A stretch of 64,000 nucleotides of DNA from Chrysemys picta bellii. Lineage: Eukaryota. Where the stretch lies: assembly GCF_011386835.1 (NCBI RefSeq), contig NC_088795.1, positions 91,140,001-91,204,000 on the forward strand, read 5' to 3'. The notes under the pieces are model-generated. The model saw only the letters and a program-made list of their open reading frames with translations, searched no databases and had not been told where the DNA came from. Made by a program: the position numbers and the translations under genes. This document shows, piece by piece, positions 48,540 through 60,633 of the stretch (its first letter is position 1; each line of letters starts with the position of its first letter).

Positions 48540-51500
48540 CTGAAAAACAAAAAAGAAAAAAAGTTAGATGTTGTACAGGTAAAAATAGTTTTAAAACAAG
48601 TTGAATGCACTTCTACCATGCCTCATGAGGGGTCCATTTTCATGGACTTGACTTCCACATCAACATGCACAGTTCAGAGGTTAAACTGCCTGCACTGGAA
48701 GTTATTTCTGGCTCATGCAACACCCTGCCAAGGTGTGTCTATTGTCATCCTACTGGCTAGCTGCACAGATGTAAATAAGGATAAATTTTGACCCTTAAAA
48801 TGAAACCTGGTTTTAACTCTATTATACATAAACCAGAGTAAAGTGCAGCCTGCTCCCCTGGAATTGAGAAGTTTTGGCTCACAGGAGTAAGAAAAAAAAC
48901 CTACTTTATTCTACATTAAGGCAAAGGTGCAGTCACAAAGAGCAAATGTTGAGGAGTACTGCTAGCATAGTTCTTCAGATTATACCAGCACTGAAAATCT
49001 GACTTTAGAAACATTACAACTCCACCCGCAGTGACCAGAGAAATTGTATCATGATGCTTCTCAGCAGCATCTTAAGTCACTATTTGCTGATGAGATACTA
49101 ATGTTTCCTTGGCAGGTGTAAACAGGGGACTAAGTTTCATGAATAGTATTTACTTTTAAAATGTGTACACGCTATTGCTGCAGAAATGAATTTTCTTGAT
49201 GTGTCTTGTACCCTTTCTGGGGTCAAGAAAATAAGACTATTACATTTGGAACAAGCTGTGGCCTGCCTCCAAGATGGGCATATCCCTGTTAGTCAAAATA
49301 TTATAAAAACACCTGCTATGCACAGCAGATACTCTGAAAAGCAGTTGTTCCACATGTACAATAGCTCTGGGATTCTCTAACCCCCTTAATTCCTCTCCTT
49401 TGAAAGACCGAGCCTAAACTCCTAGAGGGTAGAATCTCTGCTGCTGTTTGCCAGACAGCATACTTTGCGTTTCTTAGATGCTTAAGATTTTCTTCCACCT
49501 CCATACCCCAGGAGCTAAATTATGTGCCTCATCTTAATTTACTTTTAAACCCCTGGTATTGGAATTCAATACCCACCTGAAACTCAAATCACAGTAAGAA
49601 AAGAAGAAAGAAAAGACTTGCTACATTACCAAACGTGATTATGATTGAGCTCCTGGACATAGCACCAACCAGCACTAAGTTGCAAGGAACGCACAATCTT
49701 AGCTTGGCTGGTTCTACTTGCGGTGGCATGTAGGCTATGCGTCGCTACATGCTACAGCGAAAAGCAGGCTGCGTCCACACTGTGGTGTGTAGCTCCACAT
49801 GTCGGGGATAGACTCTGGCAACAGGGAGGCAGTGTGAAAATAGCAACGTAGATGGGGGAGGCACTGCTTGGGCGAGGAGAGAACAATGCAGGGTACATAC
49901 CGCATGGCTCAAGTGTGTCTTCACTTTACTCACTTAGCCATGCTTCGACATCTACAGTGCTATTTATACCCATGCTGGCGCGCAGGTATGTACTCTACCT
50001 GCCACTGGAAGAAGTGTGCGGTGTAGCTATACCTGCAGGAGGTGCACTCATGTGAAAGGCAGAGGATTAAGTTTTCACAGGAAGGGTGTGAGGTGGAAGT
50101 GACAAGTGCTAAAGGCAACTATAAAAGCCTCCAGTGAGTTTGGCAGTGTGACAATCAAAAATTAAGTTAAACACACCGTTTTAAACTCCATCACATACCT
50201 TCTTTAGCATTAAAAACACTGCCTTTAACTGCACCCCAAGTGCACATACCATCATTTTCATTCCGATGGTCCCTGAAGCCAGCTATAGATGTATTGAGTA
50301 TTTCTTTTTCAGTTAGAATGAGATTTCACTTACCAGTCCTAACAGAAATTTTTTGTGCTATCATCCTTCCTCCAATAACTGCTAACCCAGTGCAAAGACA
50401 GTGTCCTACTGTTCCTCCCACTGCCACACCATAGGGATCCTATGAAACACAAAAGATCAACATTAGCACAGTTGAAAACCTACAAGGCTCAAACAGCAGT
50501 TTACCAGGAAAAAATTATGCTTTCTTAGTTTGCTGCAAGGCAAGGTAATCCCCAGAGAATATCGTCAACCCCTCTGAGGGGTTTTGCATGGCTTAATAGC
50601 AGTTGTTTCCTGCAACACTGAGGAACAGTCACAACAGAAAAAGACTTGAAATCTGATAAATCAGGAGCAGCCTATTAAACCACTTAAAGATGGTTGAAAA
50701 GTGCCATAACACAGACCCAGGATTCACTTTGTTTATCTACCACTGAAAAGCAGCCACTTCTAGGGTGGAGGCTGACAGCTGGCTAGAAGCAAAGCAAAAC
50801 TACACAATTAGAACACCACTAACTCAAAAGTTAAGAAATGTCAAACTGTAAAGAGAAATTTTTGGTAGTCAGAGCACATGCTAGTTACCAGAAGTATTCT
50901 GTCAAGGTTCATGAGGCCAATGCACCTTCTCTAAAAAGGCCACCCAAAGTAATATGAAATCAGAGGGACTAGGACTGGAAATATAGGTATCAAATTTTAG
51001 CCTAGATGGCAACTGTTATTCTATTCTAGGTTTACCAGCAGTCACAACTGTAACATCACTGGATGAAGTTTTCAACTGCATACATTTACTTATCCAATAC
51101 TTAAATGGATAGCTAAGATTTGCCTACAAAGCACTTTACAAAGTTAAAGGCTTTAGAGTTGCTATTTTTGTTAAAAAGGTTACTGGAAGGGTAAATAAAA
51201 AGACAAGAGACAACTGCTCTGCTATAGAGAACAAACACGGCAGTAAGTGTTACACAGCTTCTCAAGGTATCCTCTCCTTCTGTCTTACCTTCTTACAGTA
51301 GTCGGGATATAACTAACAATCCTAGACTGTGTTAACACCAACCATGACCTGGGGAAATCTTCAAAATGCAAAAGTAGCAGCTGGGTACCTAATTGTCATT
51401 TGTATTTTTGAAACTTTTTGTACTTCCTCTAGGAAGGAAAGATTTTAGACTCTCAACAGAAGGAAAAAGAAATGACAGTATTTCTTCCCTACAAGGAATG

Positions 51501-54500
51501 CATGGGGAAGGGGAGGAGGGTCTCTAGAAAGCAAAGAAGAAAAAGTCTATTCAGGGAAACATCAGACCCAGAAGGGGAGTAAATTGGGACTGGCTGAGCA
51601 AGGAGACTAGGACAACGATCCTTGGAGATGTAGAAAACAACTGATGTGACAGGGAGCCCAAGGTAGGGGAGACAGGTACTGGCTAGGCAAGGGAGAACTG
51701 GATTTGGGATGAGGAGCCATGGGTGCAGAAGAAAAAAGACAGGGAAAGGCTGGAGGAGACAAGGCAAAAAGGGGTCACATTTGGGGGGAGGGAATGGGCA
51801 GAAGGGACTGTGCTCACTAGAGCACACCCCTCCACAGACTGGTATGGAACCCAAAATTACTGAGTCTCATCAGTCCTGTGCTGTCAGCAAATCTGTGAAA
51901 CCCTCTGGCAAAATGTGATTCATACACAGCTAATGCTGGTACACAGAAGATGACAACCTACTATTGCTATCAGTTATTCTGCTAGCTCAAGTGGCAGAGG
52001 TTTGTGTGGAGGATCCAAAGGTTCCAACCCTGCTGATGACTCATGTGGGTGTCAATGTAATGCAACTCCCAAAATAAAAAGACCAAAATAAATAACTCAA
52101 ACCTGACATTTACAATACATTAAAAGTTCCAGAGTTGAACATTCAAAAGTTAGGAATGCCAAACTTCAGGTTGCCTGAGACACCTTAATTCAGCTTCCTG
52201 GTGCGTATGCATTATTATGTAACTACATACATAATCAGTCTAATTACACGATCACAGGATGCCTGCCTCTTTCAGTGCCCGGGATAGATAAGGTTCACTT
52301 AATGAGCAGCTACTCAATATTTTGTTTTCACCTCATTGTTCAAATACTATTTGAAAACTCCACACTATTCAAACCCTGGTCTGATGACAGAATTATTAAT
52401 TTTCTCATGTGCTTTTCTATGGCACTCATCACTACGGTATCCAAGTTATTCACAAACATTAACTGACTTACCCTTGCAACACCCCTGTGAGGTGAGGAAC
52501 TATAAAGCAGAGTGTGTGCAAGGTTAAAAGTATCCACTAATTTGGGGTGTCCAACTTGAGACTTCCCAAGACCTGATTAAACTTGCACTTCTGCAAATCA
52601 GACCCCAGGTCTCAAGAGGAGTACCTGGAAAGTTAGAAACACAATTAGTGACCACCTGTGAAAAGTTTTGTTTAAGCAATATGCCCAGCATCACACAGGA
52701 ACTCTGTACAGAGGCAGGGATAGAACCAAATTTTCCAAGAAATCACTAAATTGTCTTAACCAGGAGACCATCCTTTCTCTTCTGGCAGTCCCCTGCCTCA
52801 TTCACTATACTTCTTCCAACTTCTGCAACAGAGGAACCAAGACAACAGCTTCTTCCACTACACAAGCTTGAAGGTCTTGGGAGTCTCAAATTGGACACCA
52901 AATATTCATGGATACTTTTGATCTTAAACTTTCTGTCTCATAGCCCCTTGTCTCACAGGGGTGTTGTAAAGATAGTCAGTGTTTGTGAAATACTCATATC
53001 CAGGCCAGGTCCATCCTGTGCACTGAAAGGCCAGAGTCCTGTGGAAAAATAGTATGTAATGTAATTAAATACTATCATAATGCATATGCACAAAGAGGCC
53101 AAATTAAGGTTGCGCACACACAACCTTTATTGTGGCAGTTCCTACTTTCTGAATGTTTGATTTTGCAAGCATAATATTTGCGTGTGTAATATGAATATGT
53201 ATTAGGAAAGAGATATGCAGCATGTATGCATCTATCTAGAAAGATTATCTTTCCCCCTCCATTTCCAGCAGACCAGAAACTTAAGTGGATTCCCCTTTTC
53301 ATTGTCTTCCTTGCTTTAGCAGCAATGTTGATGTCAATCAATAGAAATCGTATTTTAATGCTTGTTTTTCAGAGCAGCTCACAATTAATAGTGGTACATA
53401 TAATAAGATAATGCATTTTGGACTCTAAGAAACAATCAGCTTTTAACAGTTTTAAGGATTGATCAAATTACAAGTTCCTCTTTAAAGCTATAAATAGTTT
53501 TAATAGCAATATCTGCTTAGCCTACATTTTCAAAAAGGTTTCTTAAATGATGGTTATTGCATGGAACAAAGTGACAAATCTTATACTGTACAGCTGAAGA
53601 GAGAAAACAGCTTTTTCCAGAAATGACACTTGCAGTCCCAAACCATGCAGTAAACAATATAACTATCTTTAGAGGGAGACTGTAACAGTAATAACACCTC
53701 AGGTATTGAGGATGCACAGAAATAACCACACTGCCTTCAGATTCATGCCTCCATATCCTCCCAACATTAACTGGGTATATCTAATAAACTACAAAGGAGA
53801 ATCTGAGAATTTGATGGGTTGATAAAGGATATACCATCTGTCTCTCTACATCATCTGTTGCCAATATTCAAAAACAGGACATAAGGACATTTTGTATCGA
53901 TCACACTCACCTCTCTTGCTGCCAGGACTATTGTTGTCAATTGAGAGCGATCACCCCATTCTGCTACGAACGTTAAAGTAAAAGCTTGAACAAAAATTGG
54001 AGAAATAAAATGCAGCCACTTCTTCTGAGGTATATTTGTGCCTGTCCCTGTTTCCACATCTCCTGGCCCATTTAATAGTTTTGTTCTCTGGAACTGGAAA
54101 CAAGAAGCCCATCAGAAGAACTGAAATATTATCCAAACATCCCAATACAAATAATGCTCAAATGTAAACCCAATAATTTAATACCCAGGACAGTTAGACT
54201 TTGAACAATAAACTTAGCTGTTGAATATTTAAGGTACTGCCTACCACCAAGGTTACCTACAATTTACATATCTACACTTACCCTTTCCCTCCAAGTAACT
54301 GTCTGCCTCAAAGCTGTACAATTGGACATTTAGACAATCCAAATATTTAGCTCCTACTACAAATGTGCAAAGTAGGCAGAAACATAGGATAAGCATTTTA
54401 AAGCAAGAAAAAGAGTTTATTTTAGAAAATGATATATGATAAGCTGTTATGCTATTTTTAATTATACTGAGAAGAAACTGAATGCATTATTATGGTGATA

Positions 54501-57500
54501 AACAGTGGTAGCTCTAGAGTTAGGAGAGGGGAAGACAGTAAAATTAGTGACAAGAATAATAAATGAAATAAAACTAATGCTCCAGAGAAACTGTATTAAC
54601 GGTATGCCTTATAGCTGCAGTATTTTGCTTAGGTTATGTCCACAAGGACACCTGCAGCAACACTAGCTTCAGTATTACTCTACCTCAGGAGTCGGCAACG
54701 TTCAGCACGCGGCTCGCCAGGGTAAGCACCCTGGCGGGCCGGGCCAGTTTTATTTACCTGCTGACGCGGCAGGTTCGGCCAATCACGGCCCCCACTGGCC
54801 GCGGTTCACCGTCCTGGGCCAATGGGGGCGGCGAGAAGCCGCGGCCAGCACATCGCTCGCCCGCGCCGCTTCTCGCCGCCCCCATTGGCCCAGGACAGCG
54901 AGCCGCGGCCAGTTGGCGCCGCGATCGGCCGAACCTGCCGCGTCAGCAGGTAAATAAAACTGGCCCGGCCCGCCAGGGTGCTTACCCTGGCGAGCCGCGT
55001 GCCGAATGTTGCCGACCCCTGCTCTACCTAAATGTTATAAATAAAAGCAGCAGCAATGGTAGCTGTCCACATTCTGGCTGGTAAAGCCCCAGGTGAAAGA
55101 TATATAGAATTCATGCTTGAAATATGAAGAGGCAGTTCACTTCTCTCTCCCACCTCAAAATGCAGTTATACAGCCGAGAATTACAGCCAGCTGTTAAAAC
55201 AGTCTCCAGGAAATTAGCAGAGGGGGCATTCTGTTATGTGGTCCATGGTGAAGAGGGGCATTTCTGTCTGTTTTCAGGTTATTGTTAACCACACATTTTT
55301 TTTGCATCAGACTCTTATTACACATATATACAGCTGAGCAACCCGCATGCACACGCTTCCTTAATTGTGCAACCTAACAGGACTAAGTGCTTCATTAGTC
55401 ATGACTTCTAAGTACTTTATGACTTACTTCTTCATCTTTTTTCTTGATTTCTGCTTGAACTTCCTCCAGCTCCTCCTGACCCTCATCTGGGCTCATCTTC
55501 AAGCCTTCCCGAAGCATTCTGATGCCAAAAATTGCAAACAGTGCAGTCGACGCATAGTATGTGTACACTCGGGGGATAACTGTGGTGGCATAGCCAAATA
55601 AAACTGAAAGAAAATAAGTTACGTTATATGTTAAATGATACCAAGATGACCACTGATTATTACTATTTGTAAGTGCTGCTCCTTAGCAAAGTTCACTGTT
55701 CAGAGATCTATTACAGAACAAACACTTTGTTTTCCTGTATTCTGAGCTATAGAGCATCACCATGGTAAATTGCGGCGACAGCAGCCTTTGGAGCTGCTCT
55801 AACTTATACTGAGGGCAGTGCCACCCCAGAATCCCAGAGATGTCTAAAGCTACCTTCCCCTCCCAGACCCTGGCTACTTTTTCTGCGTACTGCACAGAAA
55901 AAGCATCACAGAACCTGGCCCTTAATCTCATTTACACTTACATAGCAGTATGTAAGCAAAAGTCCAAGACAGTCCAATTTATATCAATATACATGTCACC
56001 TCTGAGTGCCCTCTGTCTTCAACTAATGAATGAAGTTATACGATCCCATTGCATTTACTTTGAATGGCATAAAATGTATATGATAAGAGACTACCAAAAA
56101 AAAAAAAAAAAAGCTAGTAGCCCTTAACGCTATATAGAAAAGAATTAATAATAAATCCTGCATACCTGCTGCATTCATTTTCACTTTGGTTAAGATTTAA
56201 GGATAACAGACTATACGCATTTATTTAATCCGTGAATTCTGAGAAAGGCAGCAAAGAGTTCTAACCTGATAAGCATGTCATCAGTCCTAAGGCAAGCATG
56301 GCACCAGCCATTACAGTCAAACGATTATAACGCATTGCCATGATGGCTGCAATAAAGAAGGTCTTATCCCCCAGTTCTGACACAATGATGACTGATATGG
56401 CAGCCACAAAAGCATGAATAAACCCCAAATTAGTTTTATCAGCAGATTCTTCACTGATAAGATGAACTGGAGGAACTGCCGTGGGCCATTTCTGTAAAAG
56501 AAGAAAATGATTGCTTAAGGTTGAACATTTAACTCCCAAAAGAATGCAACTCTAGTTTTCTCCTATTGCAAACCATTACGGTCTAATACTTATTAGAATA
56601 TTTTCAAGAAGGATTATTGAAGTTTTCCTTCAATCAGAATCTTTTAACTACTACTGACTGCCACCCATCTGGGACTATAGTGATCAGTCATTAACCTATG
56701 ATATCCTGCTATGATTAATAATGAAATACCTTTGTACAGATATTACTTAGGTATAGCGATCACTATCACAGTAAATGGAAGGTACATTCAAGTCATGGCA
56801 ATACTGCAATTTACAATACATGGCTCTTTCTATTATTTTGGAAGATCAGTGAAGCAAGCAGTTTTCAGGTTACTGTATTACATCTAAAAAAAGAACAGGA
56901 GTACTTGTGGCACCTTAGAGACTAACAAATTTATTTGAGCATAAGCTTTTGTGGGCTAAAACCCACTTCCTCAAATGCAGATTCATTAGCATGTAAGCAA
57001 ACACGCTGTCATCAGATTAATGCTTTCAGACTGTCATCTTACTTTTCGTGGCCAAGTTTTGCTGTTCATTTTATCAAATGCCAAATCCCCAGCTTAATGT
57101 CCCATTTTCGGTAGACCAATTTCTAGCAAATAAAATTTCACCCTATATTTATCTCTCCTCCCCAGCCTGCAGGCTCCTTTGTTGCATCCCATGATCATCC
57201 ATCACTTGTCAATTCTTACAGAAAGAGCTATAGCAGAAATAGTCTCAACTCTCAAGTGAATTATGGTGAACATAAAGTACCTAATTCTTTAGAGATGCAT
57301 TAACAGATTTAACTTGAAAATCAAGATTAAAGAGTCAAGTTTTGTAGGCTAAAGGTTCTAGTTTCTTGCATACTGTTTCTTTCTTAGCATACTGTACGTG
57401 CCTCTGCCTGTCAGCCCCACATACCAATGAATATGAAGTCAACAACTGGAGGTGGAGACAAGGAGCAAAGTGAAATTTTTCTGGAGTTAAGGAAAATGTT

Positions 57501-59481
57501 TACCAGCAACATACTTAGCATTATTTAGACTGCTATAATGTCCAAAATATACTAGACACTTCCTAAACACCACCCTATTCTGTGCCCTCAAGACAGTCCA
57601 GTACAAGGTACTTAGGGAGATTTTCAGAGGCACAAATGGGAATTAGGTGCCTAACTGCTCTTTGTGCCATTGAAAGTCTCCCCTTTCAGAAGTAAATGTT
57701 GACAAACCTAACAACTGATATCCCTGTACAGATTCAGGTTTTTCCTAATGACAGATTAACATTACCTCAATAACCTATTCCTTCTTAGGCTCCAAGATTC
57801 CCATAAGAGTTGCTTTAAAAAAACACTGCTGTTCAGCCAGATGGAAATAATTACTTTCCATTTCTGAAAGCACTACTGTATAGTCAGAGAGACTTGATAA
57901 GTCTGGGAAAGAATAAAAGGCCAGATGATTGAGATAACAAGCCATGACCAGAGGTCTGGGTCTAAAGTGACTCCTCAACAAGCTCTAGGTGAAAGCTTCA
58001 TTAGCTCTTGCAGGTCTTTGGGCAAAGTTAAATAGTTGGGGGAGTGGGTTGGCTTTAAACTTCTATTAGGCTAGGAATACAATAAAGACAGTATTTTTCC
58101 ATTCATGTTTCATTCCTCACTAGCACTTACTCCGGTCTTCCCAATCTCATCACCTCTATCCACTTTGCTGCGTCAACTGTTTTCCTCTTGCAGTTTGGTC
58201 TTGCTCCATGCCTTCCGCTCTACATTTTAGCCTACACTGCTCATGTTCTCTCTGCTTCCCTTTTTTTTCTGCCCTCACAGTGTCAAGTATGGAAATACTA
58301 AAGGGCTTCCACAGTTCCTCCTAAAGCTTATGGTCAAAGTGTTGCAGCAGCATTCCCTAACATGGGGACCCACTAAGGATTAATGTGCTTGATTAATTGA
58401 TGGCCCGTATTAAATGATCCGGAACACTTGGAAAAAACATGACACATTTCAATAGTTAAAGTATAAGACACCAGTATGTTTGCATGAATGTTGTTCATTT
58501 GTAGCCATTAGAGCTTTGCTTCAACATACATGCTGGGATCTAGTTAACCAGCCTATCCCCTCAGGAAGGTGAGCCACGGTCATTCTTTATTCAGAGAGGA
58601 ACAAATCCACTTTTAATTCAGTTCTGTGCACAGGGTATCAATTTAAGATTGCACATGCCTCTCTATCCACTGCTGGACTCCCCACTACGTCAATGGGAGG
58701 TTTGCATAAAGGCCAAGGGAATACAGCCTTTAACGCTGCAATTAAGTTTAATTACGTGTTATTAGTTAGGTATTATATAAATCAAGGTTAACTTGGCAGC
58801 CATGTGGGCTAAACACCTTTTCTTTTAGATTAAAGCTTGGACTCTGCAGAGCCACCCTAGGTCACATACCCAGGAGAAAAAACAGGAGTACTTGTGGCAC
58901 CTTAGAGACTAACAAATTTATTAGAGCATACCTTAGTCTCTAAGGTGCCACAAGTACTCCTGTTCTTTTTGCGGCTGCTACTCTGATACCCAGGAGCGCT
59001 CAACAGGCGGGGGAGGAGACACCAAGCCACAGCAAGCTGGAGACACCCGACACTCACCCCCAGGCGGGGTGTCTGCCCCCGCCGCAGCCCGCCCACCCCG
59101 ACCTCATCCGCCCCGTGCCGGGTGCTGTGCGACAGGCGGGCCCGCCCCGCCCAGGACGCTGCCATGGGGCTCCGGGCTGCGGCCCCTGTGCACCCGGGGG
59201 GACAGAGGAGAAGGAGCGGGGGACACACCCCAGCACCACACACAGACACACGGCCCCCGCCTCACCTCGGCCCGGGCCGGATCTAGCCCCTGCACCGCGG
59301 GCTGCGGCTGCTGCTGCTGTGGCGGCGCCGGCGGCTCCTTGTTCCTGCCGGTCTCTTCCTCCAGGGCGGCGCGCAGCCCGGCGGGCGCGGCCAGGAGCAG
59401 CAGGAGCAGCAGCGCGGCGGCCCGGCAGGACGCTCGGCCTCCCGCTGCCTCCGGGCCCTGCCGGCCGCCCCCCGGCCCCAT
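48463..59481 (-). CDS. TMEM165: TMEM165 (GDT1/UPF0016-family Golgi Mn2+/Ca2+ transporter), 6 exons, 327 aa
   Basis: Exons 59266-59481, 56266-56491, 55428-55603, 53911-54093, 50334-50439, 48463-48539 (984 nt), all GT-AG. Both ExGD(K/R)(T/S) motifs are present (SELGDKTF, AEWGDRSQ). Signal peptide in exon 1; C-terminus FISPESGF*. Confidence 0.97.
50334..50439 (-). CDS. TMEM165: TMEM165 exon 5 (DPYGVAVGGTVGHCLCTGLAVIGGRMIAQKISVRT)
   Basis: tcatag|GAT...ACT G|gtaagt, 106 nt. Confidence 0.97.
51980..52050 (+). mobile_element. tRNA-derived SINE head remnant
   Basis: A-box-like TAGCTCAAGTGG and B-box-like GGTTCCAACC. Confidence 0.45.
53911..54093 (-). CDS. TMEM165: TMEM165 exon 4 (FQRTKLLNGPGDVETG...AEWGDRSQLTTIVLAARE)
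   Basis: ttccag|TTC...GAG|gtgagt, 183 nt. Confidence 0.97.
54686..55021. mobile_element. Palindromic hAT MITE (336 bp)
   Basis: Perfect 8-bp TSD CTCTACCT at 54678-85 / 55022-29; the whole element is an inverted repeat. Confidence 0.92.
55428..55603 (-). CDS. TMEM165: TMEM165 exon 3 (VLFGYATTVIPRVYTYY...EEVQAEIKKKDEE)
   Basis: tttcag|TT TTA...GAA|gtaagt, 176 nt. Confidence 0.97.
56266..56491 (-). CDS. TMEM165: TMEM165 exon 2 (KWPTAVPP...TNLGFIHAFVAAISVIIVSELGDKTFFIAAIMAMRYNRLTVMAGAMLALGLMTCLS)
   Basis: ttacag|AAA...TCA G|gttaga, 226 nt. Confidence 0.97.
56886..56979 (-). mobile_element. PLE family-2 terminal fragment with decayed hammerhead
   Basis: aagaacaggagtacttgtggcaccttagagactaac...gcataagcttttgtggg...cccacttcctcaaatgc. 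Confidence 0.75.
58877..58985. mobile_element. PLE family-2 short fold-back insertion
   Basis: 11-bp TSD ATACCCAGGAG at 58866-76 / 58986-96; 32-bp perfect inverted repeat 58881-58912 / 58933-58964. Confidence 0.88.
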
Positions 59482-60250
59482 CCCGGCCTGCGACTCGCGG
59501 AGCGGCCCCGGCTCGACCCGACCCCGCAGGGAAACCTAGCGGCGCCGCGCCATGGCCGCTCCCGGGTGAGGCCGGGCCGATCTCCGCAGCCGCCGCCGCA
59601 ACCGTCTCCTGCACCGGCCGCCACCGAGTCCCAGCGCGCGGGTGGAGGGAGGGCAGGAAGCGCTCACTCAGAAGCCCCGCCTCCAGCGCGCAGAGCAACC
59701 GAACCCGCCCCCACCAGCCCGCCCTGCTCCCGCAGCCGCGCCCCTGATTGGCTGCGATCGCCACCACGACGTGCAGGCGTGAGGGCGCGGAGCTGACAGG
59801 TTAGGCTGAGCCACGCTGCTCCCCTCCAGGCTAAGGAGGAACCGGCGTTGTCTGAGAGGTGAAATCTTGTGACCCCCGATGCCCCGCCTCCTTCCTCCTG
59901 TAGAAGCTTTACGTGTCCTTCCCATGATCCTGCTGCCTAGCAACGCGCTGCCCAGCCCCTGTGCCCCGTGGGAAGGGAGGGGGAGGGGCGAAAGGCCAAG
60001 GCTCCCGAGCGCGGGCACCCGCAGCCCGGCGCGTTACAGCCCCTCGCGCGGGGCCCGCGGCACTGACCCCGTCTCAGAGAGCAGCGCGGGCCCTGCGGGA
60101 GTCACCCGGCGGGGGCGGGCAGCGAGAGCCCGAGGGAAGAAGCCGGCTTTGTAGAGAGTTTTGAATCCCAGCGCGGGAGGGAGTGAGACGCCCCAGGTCA
60201 AGGCAGCTCATGGCCCCGCTGCAGGTGCCGCTCCACGTGGCTAGGGCGAG
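59040..60250. promoter_or_regulatory. CpG island / TMEM165 promoter
   Basis: Very GC- and CpG-rich around exon 1. GC box at 59704-59711, CCAAT box (- strand) at 59747-59751, CCACGTGG at 60233-60240. Confidence 0.85.
59266..59481 (-). CDS. TMEM165: TMEM165 exon 1 (MGPGG...LLLLLLLAAPAGLRA...NKEPPAPPQQQQPQPAVQGLDPARAE)
   Basis: ATG at 59481-59479, GAG|gtgagg donor, 216 nt. Confidence 0.9.
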
Positions 60251-60633
60251 CTGGCTCCAGAGTCCGGGGTCAGGACATTGGCTTCATAAACCAGGCTTTA
60301 CACGGCCAAGCTGCCATAGCAGCAGTTTCTGGATGGGCCTCTTAGTGGCTCCCTGCCTGACCCTCGCGCCCATCCCTGTTTCCTCATTTGTTGCCTCCTA
60401 GAACTGCTTGAGATCTGGGTCCTTAGGCTGGGAGAGACGCCTTTAAGATTGGGGGGGGGGGGGCAATAGGTCTACAGGGCCCAGCAGCTGCAGCCAATGC
60501 CATTGGAACCACCAAGAGCATTCAAGGGACCAGCCAGGAACTGGCAGGGGCCTTAGTGTTAGCAGCATCCCAGAAAACCAAGGACAAATGCACTCCATTT
60601 ATAAGAATTACTGATATAAGCATCAGCCACATA

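Noticed and set aside
59747-59768. ER-stress element (CCAAT-N9-CCACG or ATTGG-N1-CCACG)
   Set aside because: ATTGG and CCACG are 12 nt apart, in an arrangement that fits neither ERSE nor ERSE-II.
59054-60164. Many long overlapping ORFs (up to 237 aa) in the CpG island
   Set aside because: These are Ala/Gly/Pro/Arg-rich products expected from stop-poor GC-rich DNA. Only the frame matching TMEM165 exon 1 has a recognisable protein and splice donor.
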